DNA of 64,000 bases from an uncultured Gemmatimonadaceae bacterium (lineage in GTDB: Bacteria; Gemmatimonadota; Gemmatimonadetes; Gemmatimonadales; Gemmatimonadaceae). Below are positions 30,608 through 39,192 of the stretch, piece by piece; position 1 is the first letter of the stretch, and every line of letters starts with the position of its first letter. Where the stretch lies: the NCBI GenBank assembly GCA_963729495.1, contig CAVSOM010000013.1:7247-71246 (forward strand), given 5' to 3'. The notes below the pieces were generated by a model. It ran no database searches, had not been told where the DNA came from, and saw only the letters and a list, made by a program, of their open reading frames with translations. Made by a program: the position numbers and the translations under genes.

Positions 30608-32330
30608 ATGCGGTTCGAGAGCTTCGCGGCGGCGCCGGCGAACGAGGCGGCCGTCGCCGCGGCGCGCGCCGTGGCTGACGCGCCAGGAGTCACCCACAAT
30701 CCGCTCTTGATCCACGGCGGGGCCGGCGTGGGGAAGTCGCATCTGCTGCTGGCGATCGCAACGGCGTGGCGGACGAGGTGGAGGCGGTTGCCTGGCGGCG
30801 ACCGAGTTCACCGACGCAGTGGGACGCGGCGCACGCCACGGGCGGCGCGGCGGCATTCGAGGGCCGGCTGGTCGGGGCCGACGTGCTGCTGGTGGACGAC
30901 CTGCACCGGTTGGCCGGCCGCGTGGGGGCGCAGCGGGGGCTGGCCCGCATCGTCGCGGCGCGGGAGCAGGCGGACCGCCAGGTGGTCGTGACCGCGGACC
31001 GGGGGCTGGACCGGCTGGACGGGATCGAGAGCGTGCTCGTGAAGCGCCTCCTGCACGGCGTGAGCGTGGAGATCGGGCCGCGCGGCGAGCGGCCCGGGAC
31101 GCCGGCGGGGGGCGCGCCGCGGCCGGCGGGGTCGCTTGATTTCCAGGGCTTCGTGAGCGACATCGCGAGCGCGGTGGCCGAGCACGTCGAGGGGTGGAAG
31201 ATGCGGGTGGCCGAGGCGGTGTCGAGTTGGAACGCCGCCGGCTACCGCACGACTGCGCTCGAGCGGCTGATGGACGAGTCGGCGCCGCCCGAGAATTACG
31301 AGGGCGTGCTCCGCGGGTTCGGCGCCGCGGTGCGCCGCCTCAAGGAACTGGAGGCCGAGGCGGTGACGGCCGATCCGTCGCTGGCCGGCCACGACGCGTT
31401 CCGCGATCCCGAACGGCTGCGCGAAGCGGAAGGGATGGCGCGCCGCGCCAACAGCGGCGCGACCGAGGCTGGCGGGCCCGTCGGTGGAGTTCTCGCGCAA
31501 CGGATTCGCCGTGGGCAAGTCCGAATCAGCGCGCCGTCCGCGCCGCCGATGCCGTGTCCGCCGAGCCGGGGCGGCGGTACAATCCGCTGCTCTTCGTCGG
31601 GCCGAAAGGGGCGGGCAAGACGCACCTGCTGAACGCGCTCGGCAACGAGCTGGTCAACGCCAGCGGCGGCGCCGCCACGGTGGCCTGCGTGGCCGCGCCG
31701 GCGTGGGCCGACGAGTTTTTGGCGGCGCTGCGCGACGGCACGGCCGACGTGTGGCGGCGGCGGTACCGCCGCGTGGACGCGCTCCTCGTGGACGATCTCC
31801 AGGTCGTGGCCGGCAAGGAACGCACGCAGGACGAGCTGTATCACCTGGTGAACGACCTGCTCGGCGCGGGCAAACAAGTGGTGGTGGCGAGCGCGCGCGC
31901 GCTCCGCGATCTGGTGGCGTTCGACGATCGCCTGCGTTCGGCGCTCGAGGGCGGCCTGGTGGTGGAGATTGCGCCGCCCGACGCGGCCCTCACCGAGGAG
32001 CTGTATCGCCGCTTCCTGGACGGCGTGCCGGCGGGCCAGATCGACGCGCTCGCGCGGTACCTGGCGTCGCGCCCCGTGGCCGGTGTGCCCGACGTCATCG
32101 CCACCGTGCAGCGCCTGACCGCGGCGGCCGACGCGGTGGGCACGGCGGTCACGTTGGAGATGGCGAAGCGCGAACTCGACGGGCCGGAACCGAGTCCGTC
32201 GGCGGTGCCCACGCCCGTGCGGGCGGCGCCCGCGGTGCGCGCCGCCGCCGACGTGTTCTTCCTCGACGACGAGAAGGTCGTCTGGGACTGGCGCGACGTG
32301 GCCTCGCGGGTCGTCGAGGAGCTGCGCTGA
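30608..32330 (+). CDS. Protein with two tandem DnaA/Hda-like AAA+ ATPase modules, no recognisable DnaA domain IV (at least 3 frame breaks as sequenced; could be two genes)
   Basis: Module 1 starts at ATG 30608: [49 protein letters not shown], then (frame of ORF 30766) [14 protein letters not shown]...[33 protein letters not shown]. Module 2 reads [13 protein letters not shown] / [40 protein letters not shown]...[41 protein letters not shown]...[18 protein letters not shown] (frame of ORF 31194..32330). Frame breaks are at ~30759, ~31465-31475 and 31523. Confidence 0.6.
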
Positions 32331-32331
32331 C

Positions 32332-33959
32332 ATGGCGATCAAGGGCAGCTTGAAGGAGGCCAGCCTCCCCGACGTGCTCCAGCTCCTGGCGATGGGCAAG
32401 AAGACCGGATGCCTGAGCGTGACGCCACCGCACGAACTTCGGCTACATCTACTTCGACAAGGGGCGCATCTCGTACGCGTCCATCGTCAACCGCCGCGAC
32501 CGGCTGGGCGACATGCTCGTCAAGAACGGCATCATCAGCGCCGACGAGCTGCAGGCGGCGATCGACGCGCAGGAGCGCCACCGCGACCGTCGCATCGGCG
32601 AACTGCTCATGGACATGGGCTTCCTCTCGCGCGAGGCCCTGCGCCAGCACATCCGCGAGCAGATCGAGGAGGCCGTCTACTTCCTGTTCACCTGGAATCA
32701 GGGAACGTTCAACTTCGAAGCCGACGTCCAGCCCGAGGAGCAGGACTTCCTCGTCTCGATCAACCCCGAGTCGCTGCTCCTCGAGGGCGCGCGGCGGGTG
32801 GACGAGTGGACCCTCGTCGAGAAGAAGATCCCCACGTTCGACATCGTGTTCGAGATCGACCGCCCGAAACTGGAAAAGAGCGACGTGGAACTGACCGCCG
32901 AGCAGCGAGCGCTGCTCGAGCTGGTGGACGGCCAGCGCGACGTGCAGCAGATCATCGACGCCTCGGGGATGGGCGAGTTCGACGTCGGCAAGCTGCTCTA
33001 CGGCCTGGCCACGGCCGGCTTCCTGCACCGCATCGGCACCTCCAAGGCGGCCGGACCGCAGGTCGTCCGACGCGCGCGTGGAGGAGCACTACAACCTCGG
33101 CGTGGCGTTCTACAAGACCGGTATGTTCGACGAGGCGGTGCGCGAGTTCCGCCGCGTGCTCGATCTGCGGCCGCAGGACCTCTCGGCCCGGTTCTTCCTC
33201 GGCCTGGTGGCGCTGCGCCAGGAGCGGTGGGCCGACGCCCTCGCCGTATACGAGGAGGCCGCCGCGCGTCTGGGCGCCGCGGCCGCGGCGTACCACAACA
33301 TGGCCTACGCCCTGGAGCGGCTGGGCCGCTTCGCCGACGCGCAACGCGCGCTGCACGAAGCGGCCAAGCGCAGCGGCGGCACCAATCCGGTCATCCAGGC
33401 CTCGATCGGCATCGTCGCGCTGCGCGCGCGGCGACCTGGCGGCCGCCGACGAGGCGCTCCGCGCCGCGCGCCCCCTCTGGGCGGCGCCGCCCGCCCACGG
33501 CGGCCTGGTATCACTACTCGGCGCTCACCGCCGCGCTGCTCGGCGACCTGGCGCGCGCCCAATCACTGCTCGACGAGGCCGTCGGCGCGCATCCGCGCAG
33601 CGCCATGCTCCACAACAACCTCGCCGTGGTGCTGGAGCGCCGGAACAACCCGGGCGGCGCGTCGGCGGCGCTCGATCGCGCGCTGGCCGAGGATCCGTCG
33701 GTGCCCCAGATCCACAAGAACCTGGGCGACGTGGCCTATCGCGCCGGCCGGTTCGACGATGCCCTCGCCGATTACCAGCGGGCGATCAAGGCCGATCCCG
33801 AGCTGGGCGACGACGTCTACCTCAAACTCGGCAACATCCGCTTCCGGCAGCAGCATCGGGACGAGGCGCTCGCGCTGCTGGGAGCGGGCGCTGGCGCTCG
33901 ATCCGACCAACGCCATCGTGCGCACCAACCTCGAGGCGGTGCGCCAGGCGCCCGAATGA
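32332..33959 (+). CDS. PATAN (DUF4388) domain protein with C-terminal TPR repeats (5 frame breaks as sequenced)
   Basis: MAIKGSLKEASLPDVLQLLAMGKKTGCLSVT joins FGYIYFDKGRISYASIV...ALRQHIREQIEEAVYFLFTWNQGTFNFE...VDEWTLV.. Next come the TPRs EEHYNLGVAFYKTGMFDEAVREFRRVLDLRP, YHNMAYALERLGRFADA, AMLHNNLAVVLERRNNPGGA and IHKNLGDVAYRAGRFDDALADYQRAIKADP. It ends WERALALDPTNAIVRTNLEAVRQAPE. Pieces lie in the frames of ORFs 32332, 32513 and 33078. Breaks are at ~32424-32427, ~33065, ~33429, ~33490-33505 and ~33878. Confidence 0.65.
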
Positions 33960-34782
33960 CCGAGGCCGACCCCCCGGACGACGGATTCCAGGCCCTGCTC
34001 GACAAGATTTCGCGCGACCGCGGGTTTCGCTGCGCCAGCTACAAGCCCACCTGCCTGCGCCGCCGCGTGGGCGTGCGTATGCGCGCCCGCGGCGTGCATC
34101 GATACGCCGACTACGCCGGGCTGCTCGATCGCGACGCCGCCGAGTACGACCTGCTGCTCGACGCGCTCACGATCAACGTCACCAAGCTGTTTCGCAATCC
34201 GGAGGTGTACCACGCGCTGGCGCGCGAGGTCGTGCCGGCGCTCTGGGCGTCGTCGCAGCGCGCGGATCCGCGTGTGGTGCGCCGGGTGCGCGTCGGGGGA
34301 GGAGCCGTACTCCGTGGCCGCGCTGTTCCATCGGCACGCCGAGGAGCGCCGGGGCCTGGCCGACCTGGGCCGCGTGGACGTGCTGGGCACCGACATCGAC
34401 CGGCGCAGCCTCGAGGCGGCCGAGCGGGGCGAGTTCGAGGAGGGAGACTTCAGCGAGACGCCGCCCGAGTGGCGGACGCGGTACTTTTCACCCGAGCCGC
34501 CGTTCGCCGTGCGGCCCGAAATCCGCCGCCTCGTCCGGTTCCGGCGAGCACGACATGCTGCGCGAGCCGCCGGCGCGGCCGGTCAACGACCTGATCGTGT
34601 GCCGCAACGCGATCATCTACTTCGACCGGACCTCGCAGGAGCGGCTGTTCGAGACGTTCTACTCGGCGCTCAGTCCCGGAGGGTTCCTCGTGCTCGGCAA
34701 AGTCGAAACGCTGTTCGGCGCGGCCCGCCAGCTCTTCGCGCCGGTGAACGGCCGCGAACGCATCTTCCGGCGACCGGCGTGA
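33956..34782 (+). CDS. cheR: Chemotaxis protein methyltransferase CheR (2 frame breaks as sequenced)
   Basis: ATG 33956 overlaps the upstream stop (ATGA). Sequence reads FQALLDKISRDRGFRCASYKPTCLRRRV...TKLFRNPEV, then IRVWCAGCASGEEPYSVAALF...VLGTDID (frame of ORF 34272), then DLIVCRNAIIYFD...GGFLVLG with stop at 34782. Breaks are at ~34265 and ~34545. Confidence 0.8.
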
Positions 34783-35276
34783 GCGATCGACGCGTCGGCA
34801 TCGCCGACCTCGCCGCGGCCACCGAGGGCACGCTGACGACGATCGGTCTCGGGTCGTGCGTGGCGATCGTGCTGTACGACGCCCAGGCGCGGGTGGGTGG
34901 CCTGGCGCACGTCCTGCTCCCGGCCCGCGACCCCGACCCCGACCCCGACCCGGGCGGGCGCCCGACAACCCGGCGCGCTATGCGGTGACCGCGCTGCCCG
35001 CGCTCGTGGAACAGATGACCGCGCTGGGCGCCGACCGCCGCCGGATGACCGGCGCGGCTCGCCGGCGGCGCCAGCATGTTCGCGTCGCTGCTGCCCAGGG
35101 GCACGGTCACGATCGGCGAGCGCAACGTGGCCGCTGCGCGGCAGACGCTCGCCGAGGCCGGCATTCCGCTGGTGGGCGAGGACGTGGGCGCCGATCACGG
35201 CCGGAGCGTGTGGCTGTCGGTGGCCGACGGCACGATGGAGGTCCGCTCCCTCGCCCGGGGCACGCGTGTCCTCTAA
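34779..35276 (+). CDS. cheD: Chemoreceptor glutamine deamidase / CheC-activator CheD (2 frame breaks as sequenced)
   Basis: GTG 34779 overlaps the cheR stop (GTGA). Sequence reads LTTIGLGSCVAIVLYD..GGLAHVLLP, (PD)4 repeat, NPARYAVTALPALVEQM, then ARLAGGASMF...ERNVAAARQTLAEAGIPLVGEDVGADHGRSV. Breaks are at ~34950-34960 and ~35051. Confidence 0.75.
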
Positions 35277-36330
35277 GCCCACCGTCCTCGTCGTGGACGA
35301 CAGCGCGCTCATGCGGCGCGTGATCGCCGACCTGGTGGCCGAGTCGGGCGAATTCACGGTGATCGGCACCGCGCGCAACGGGCGAGAGGCCGTGGAGCGC
35401 GTGCAGGCGCTCGACCCCGACCTGGTGACGCTCGACATCGAGATGCCGGAGCTGGACGGCCTCGAGGCGCTCACGCGGATCATGCGCGACCGGCCGCGGC
35501 CGGTGGTCATGCTGAGCGCGGCCGAAACGGTGGACGGCCGCGACGCGACGCTGCGCGCGTTGGAGCTGGGCGCGGTGGATTTCGTGCGCAAGCCGTCGGG
35601 GGCGATCAGCATGGACCTGCCCGTGATCGGCGAGCGGCTGCGGGGCGCCCTGCGGGCCGCCGGCCAGGCCAACGTGGGGACGCTGGCGCTGGTGGCCGAG
35701 CGCCGGGAGCCGCCGCGCCGCGCGTCGGGGCCGCTGCCGCACGGCCCGCTCCGGGCCGTGGCCATCGCCGCGTCCACGGGCGGTCCGCGCGCGCTCACCG
35801 CCGTGCTGCCGGCCTTGCCGCGCACGCTCGACGCGGCGGTGTTCGTCGTGCAGCACATGCCGGCGGGCTTCACGAAGAGCCTCGCCCATCGTCTCGACGC
35901 GATGGGCCCGCTCCCCGTGCACGAGGCGGAGGCGGGGCAGGTCGTGCAGGCCGGTCACGTGTACGTGGCGCCGGGCGGCCTGCACATGCGCGTGGCCGGC
36001 GGCGCGGAGCCGGCGATCGCCCTGGACACGGCGCCGCCGCTGTGGGGCGTGCGGCCGTCGGCCGACCCGCTGTTCGAGTCGGTGGCCCGCGTGTGCGGCG
36101 CGCACGCGGTAGGCGTGGTGCTCACCGGGATGGGGCGCGACGCGGCCGACGGGCTGCGGGCCATCCGGGCGGCGGGGGGGCGGGCCGTGGTGCAGGACCG
36201 CGCCACGTCGACCATCTACGGCATGCCGCAGGCGGCGCTGCAGCTGGCCGGGGCCGACCGCGTGGCCCCGCTGGACGCCGTGGCCCCGGCGATCGTCGAG
36301 TACCTGACGGCCATGAGCAAAAACCTATGA
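35266..36330 (+). CDS. cheB: Chemotaxis response regulator protein-glutamate methylesterase CheB
   Basis: In-frame part of ORF 34897..36330 from GTG 35266. Receiver VLVVDDSALMR...VTLDIEMPELDG. Methylesterase motifs AIAASTGGP, VVQHMPAGFT and LTGMGRDAADG. Confidence 0.9.
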   Translation: MSSKPTVLVVDDSALMRRVIADLVAESGEFTVIGTARNGREAVERVQALDPDLVTLDIEMPELDGLEALTRIMRDRPRPVVMLSAAETVDGRDATLRALELGAVDFVRKPSGAISMDLPVIGERLRGALRAAGQANVGTLALVAERREPPRRASGPLPHGPLRAVAIAASTGGPRALTAVLPALPRTLDAAVFVVQHMPAGFTKSLAHRLDAMGPLPVHEAEAGQVVQAGHVYVAPGGLHMRVAGGAEPAIALDTAPPLWGVRPSADPLFESVARVCGAHAVGVVLTGMGRDAADGLRAIRAAGGRAVVQDRATSTIYGMPQAALQLAGADRVAPLDAVAPAIVEYLTAMSKNL

Positions 36331-37123
36331 TCGACGAACACTGGGGGCTGCGCGTCAAGCCGTTCGCCAACACGCCCGACCCGGCGTTCGTGTACCACTC
36401 CCCGGTGTTCGACGAGGGGTTCGCCCGGCTGCTCTACGACGTCACCGACCTGCGCGGCGGCTTGTCGCTCGTCACGGGCGAGATCGGCTGCGGCAAGACG
36501 ATGCTGGTCGAGGCGCTCCGCCACCGGCTGGCCGGCACCCCGTTCGACCCCTGGATCGTTCCCTATCCGCGGCTCACCGGGGCGCAGCTCCTGCAATTCG
36601 TGGCCGCGGCGGCCGAACTCGCCCACCCGCCGCGGAGCAAACCGGCGCTGGTCGCCGCCCTGCGCCGTCGCGTCGCCGACCAGCACGCCGCCGGCCGGCG
36701 GCCGGTGATCGTGGTCGACGAGGCCCAACTCGCCAGCCCCAGCCTGCTCGAGGAACTGCGGCTGCTCACGAACCTCGAAGACCGCACCGACAAGCACGTC
36801 CACGTGGTGTTGCTCGGGCAGCCCGAGTTGCGCGACCGCATCTGAAGCGTCCGCAGATAGACCAGCGCGTGAGCCTGCGCTTCCATCTCGATCCGCTCGA
36901 TGCCGGCGACGTGAGGGAGTACGTGCTGCACCGCCTGCGCGTGGCCGGAGCCACCCATGAAATCTTCACCGAACCGGCGATGACCGCGCTCGCCGCGCGC
37001 AGCGGCGGCGTGCCGCGTCTGATCAACAACCTCGCCATGCAGGCGCTGTTCGTGGGCGCGATGCGGGGCTCGCCGCGCGTGGACGACGCGCTGGTGCACG
37101 ACGTAGCCGACGATCGCCAATGA
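36327..37123 (+). CDS. ExeA-like (AAA_22-type) AAA+ ATPase (frame broken at ~36840 as sequenced)
   Basis: ATG 36327 overlaps the cheB stop (ATGA). Walker A TGEIGCGKT, Walker B VIVVDEAQ and LLGQPELRDR. ORF 36869..37123 continues ..QRVSLRFHLDPLDAGDVREYVLHRLRVAG..GGVPRLINNLAMQAL, the typical ExeA/GspA-like C-terminal half. Confidence 0.7.
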
Positions 37124-37875
37124 AGAAGCCCTCGAAGATCCGCTATCGCGAGCTGCTCGACCGGCCGCCCACCCCCGCGCGGGGATCGGACGCGCTGCCG
37201 GCGGCCCCCGCGCCCGAAGCCTCCGAGCCGGCGCCCGCGCCCGCGCCGTCGCCCGTCCCAATCGTCGCGGCCGAGGTGCGGCGCGTGCCCGCGGCGCCCG
37301 ATACGGCGACGCCGGCGCCCGAGCCGCCCGAGCCGCCGGAGCCCGCCGGCGACCGGGCCTCCATGGCGCTCGACGGCGATGCACCCGCGGACGATCGCGC
37401 GACGCCGACGGCGCCGGCGCCGACCCCGACCCCTACGACCGCGCTCGACGCGGAGTACCTGGTGTTCCGCGTGGGCCAGGAGCTGTTCGCGCTCCCCCTC
37501 GACGCCGTGGACGAGGCGATCGACATCGACCACGTGCAGCCGATCCCCGAGACGAGCGCCACGATGCTGGGCGTGCTCTCGCTGCGCGGCGCGCTCGTGC
37601 CGGTGTACGCTCCCTCGGCGGCGTTGGGCGTGGCGGCCGAGACGCGCGCCGCGGCCCTCGTGTTCGCCACGCCCCGCGGCCTCGTGGCCCTGGCCGTGGA
37701 CGACGTGGACGATGTGATGCCCATCCCGCTCGCGGCGCTCCAGCGCGCCCCGGTGGATTTCGGCGACGGCGTCCTGGTTGGCGTGGCCCGCCGCGATGGC
37801 GATCTTATCGGAGTGCTCGACGCCACGGCCCTTCTGGCGGCGTGCCGCGCCGAGCCCGTTCTGGAGACCGCATGA
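37120..37875 (+). CDS. CheW-domain protein with ~110-aa Pro/Ala-rich N-terminal extension
   Basis: ORF 37120..37875. Low-complexity PAAPAPEASEPAPAPAPSPVP... is followed by a CheW-like core YLVFRVGQELFALPLDAVDEAIDI...VLSLRGALVPVY...LAVDDVDDV. Confidence 0.75.
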   Translation: MKKPSKIRYRELLDRPPTPARGSDALPAAPAPEASEPAPAPAPSPVPIVAAEVRRVPAAPDTATPAPEPPEPPEPAGDRASMALDGDAPADDRATPTAPAPTPTPTTALDAEYLVFRVGQELFALPLDAVDEAIDIDHVQPIPETSATMLGVLSLRGALVPVYAPSAALGVAAETRAAALVFATPRGLVALAVDDVDDVMPIPLAALQRAPVDFGDGVLVGVARRDGDLIGVLDATALLAACRAEPVLETA

Positions 37876-38354
37876 CCAAGCCGCGCACCGTCAAGATCGT
37901 GTCGTTCCGCCTCGGCGCCGACTACTTCGCCGCGGACATCTTCTCGGTGGAGCGCGTGCTGCGCCACCAGGCGCCCACCGCCGTGCCCAACGTGCCCGAA
38001 TGGATCGACGGCGTGGTGGAGTACCAGGGTCGCGTGCTGCCGGTGGTGAGCCTGCGGCGGCGGTTCCAGCTGCCGGCGGCCGACGCCACGCCCGACACGC
38101 GCATTCTCGTCATCAAGTCGGAGGGCGAGTGGGTGGGCGTCGTGGTCGACGCCGTGCTCGAAGTGACCAGTCTGGACGAGGCGCAGGTCTCGCCGCCGCC
38201 GGCGCTGTTTCGCGGCCTGGCCGGCGAGTACCTGCGCGGCATCGTGCGGCTCGGCGACCGGCTGCTGGTCTATCTCGACGTCGAACGCCTGCTGTCGTCC
38301 GACGAGCGGCTGACCCTGGAGCGGGTGGCGGAGGAGGCCCTGCCGCATGGCTGA
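37872..38354 (+). CDS. cheW: CheW coupling protein
   Basis: ORF 37842..38354 from ATG 37872 (ATGA overlap). Sequence IVSFRLGADYFAADIFSVERVL...VVEYQGRVLPVVSLRRRF...VVVDAVLEV. Confidence 0.85.
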   Translation: MTKPRTVKIVSFRLGADYFAADIFSVERVLRHQAPTAVPNVPEWIDGVVEYQGRVLPVVSLRRRFQLPAADATPDTRILVIKSEGEWVGVVVDAVLEVTSLDEAQVSPPPALFRGLAGEYLRGIVRLGDRLLVYLDVERLLSSDERLTLERVAEEALPHG

Positions 38355-39192
38355 TTCCGTGCTCGCCGAACGCCGGGCGCAGTTCGCCGCGCTGGACGCG
38401 CGGCTCGAGGCCCCCACCGCGAGCGCCGAGCGCGACGCCCTGAAGGCCGACATCGTCGGGTTCTTCAAGCTGGTGGAGCAGGAGGCCGCCGACCTGGCGC
38501 AGATCCGGGACGACGTCAAGGCGCTGGTCGAAAAGTGGAAGGCCCTGGGCGCGCAATCGCTGGCCCCCGCGTTCGAGGCGGCGCGGCCGGTGGTGCACGC
38601 CGATCACATCGGCGCGTCCACGTTCATCGAGAAGGGGTGGAGCCGGCTCTCGCTGGGCGAGTACGAGGGCGCCGAGGCCGCGTTGCGCAAGGCTATCGCG
38701 CTCTCCCCCAACGACCCGCAGTCGGAGGCGCTGCTCGGCTGGGCGCTGATGCTGCAGGAGAAGTACGACGACGCCCTGATGACGTTCCAGCAGGTGCTGA
38801 TGCGCGAGCCGCTCAACGCGCTCGCCCGCATCAACGTCGGCTACATCTGCCTCAAGAAGGGGATTTTCGGCGAGGCGATCGAGCACCTGTCCAAGGCCAT
38901 CCGGCTGGACAACGACAAGAAGGCCACGTTGTACGCGCACTTCTATCTCGGGCTCGTGTACCTCGAGCGCGACATGTTCGAAGACGCGCAGACGTTCTTC
39001 CAGAAGACCATCGCGCTGGGCCCCAATCTGATCGAGGCGCACTACGAACTGGGGCGGGCGTACTGGTTCAACGGCCAGCGCGACGAGGCGCTGCAGGCAT
39101 GGCGCGACGGTTTCGCCCAGAACAAGTTCAATCCATGGGGAAAGAAGTGCGCCGAGGTGCTGCGGACGGTGGAGGAGGGCGGGGAGCCGTAA
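38347..39192 (+). CDS. Coiled-coil + TPR protein
   Basis: ORF 38347..39192. N-terminal helical region, then TPRs (YEGAEAALRKAIALSPNDPQS, YDDALMTFQQVLMREPLN, FGEAIEHLSKAIRLDNDK, FEDAQTFFQKTIALGPN). Confidence 0.75.
   Translation: MADSVLAERRAQFAALDARLEAPTASAERDALKADIVGFFKLVEQEAADLAQIRDDVKALVEKWKALGAQSLAPAFEAARPVVHADHIGASTFIEKGWSRLSLGEYEGAEAALRKAIALSPNDPQSEALLGWALMLQEKYDDALMTFQQVLMREPLNALARINVGYICLKKGIFGEAIEHLSKAIRLDNDKKATLYAHFYLGLVYLERDMFEDAQTFFQKTIALGPNLIEAHYELGRAYWFNGQRDEALQAWRDGFAQNKFNPWGKKCAEVLRTVEEGGEP

Noticed and set aside
30790-30830. Possible compensating double frameshift in DnaA-like module 1 (alternative reading [10 protein letters not shown] instead of [12 protein letters not shown])
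   Set aside because: The alternative frame looks more DnaA-like (..tae.F.n..), but the segment is too short to decide by eye. It is left as uncertain rather than called.
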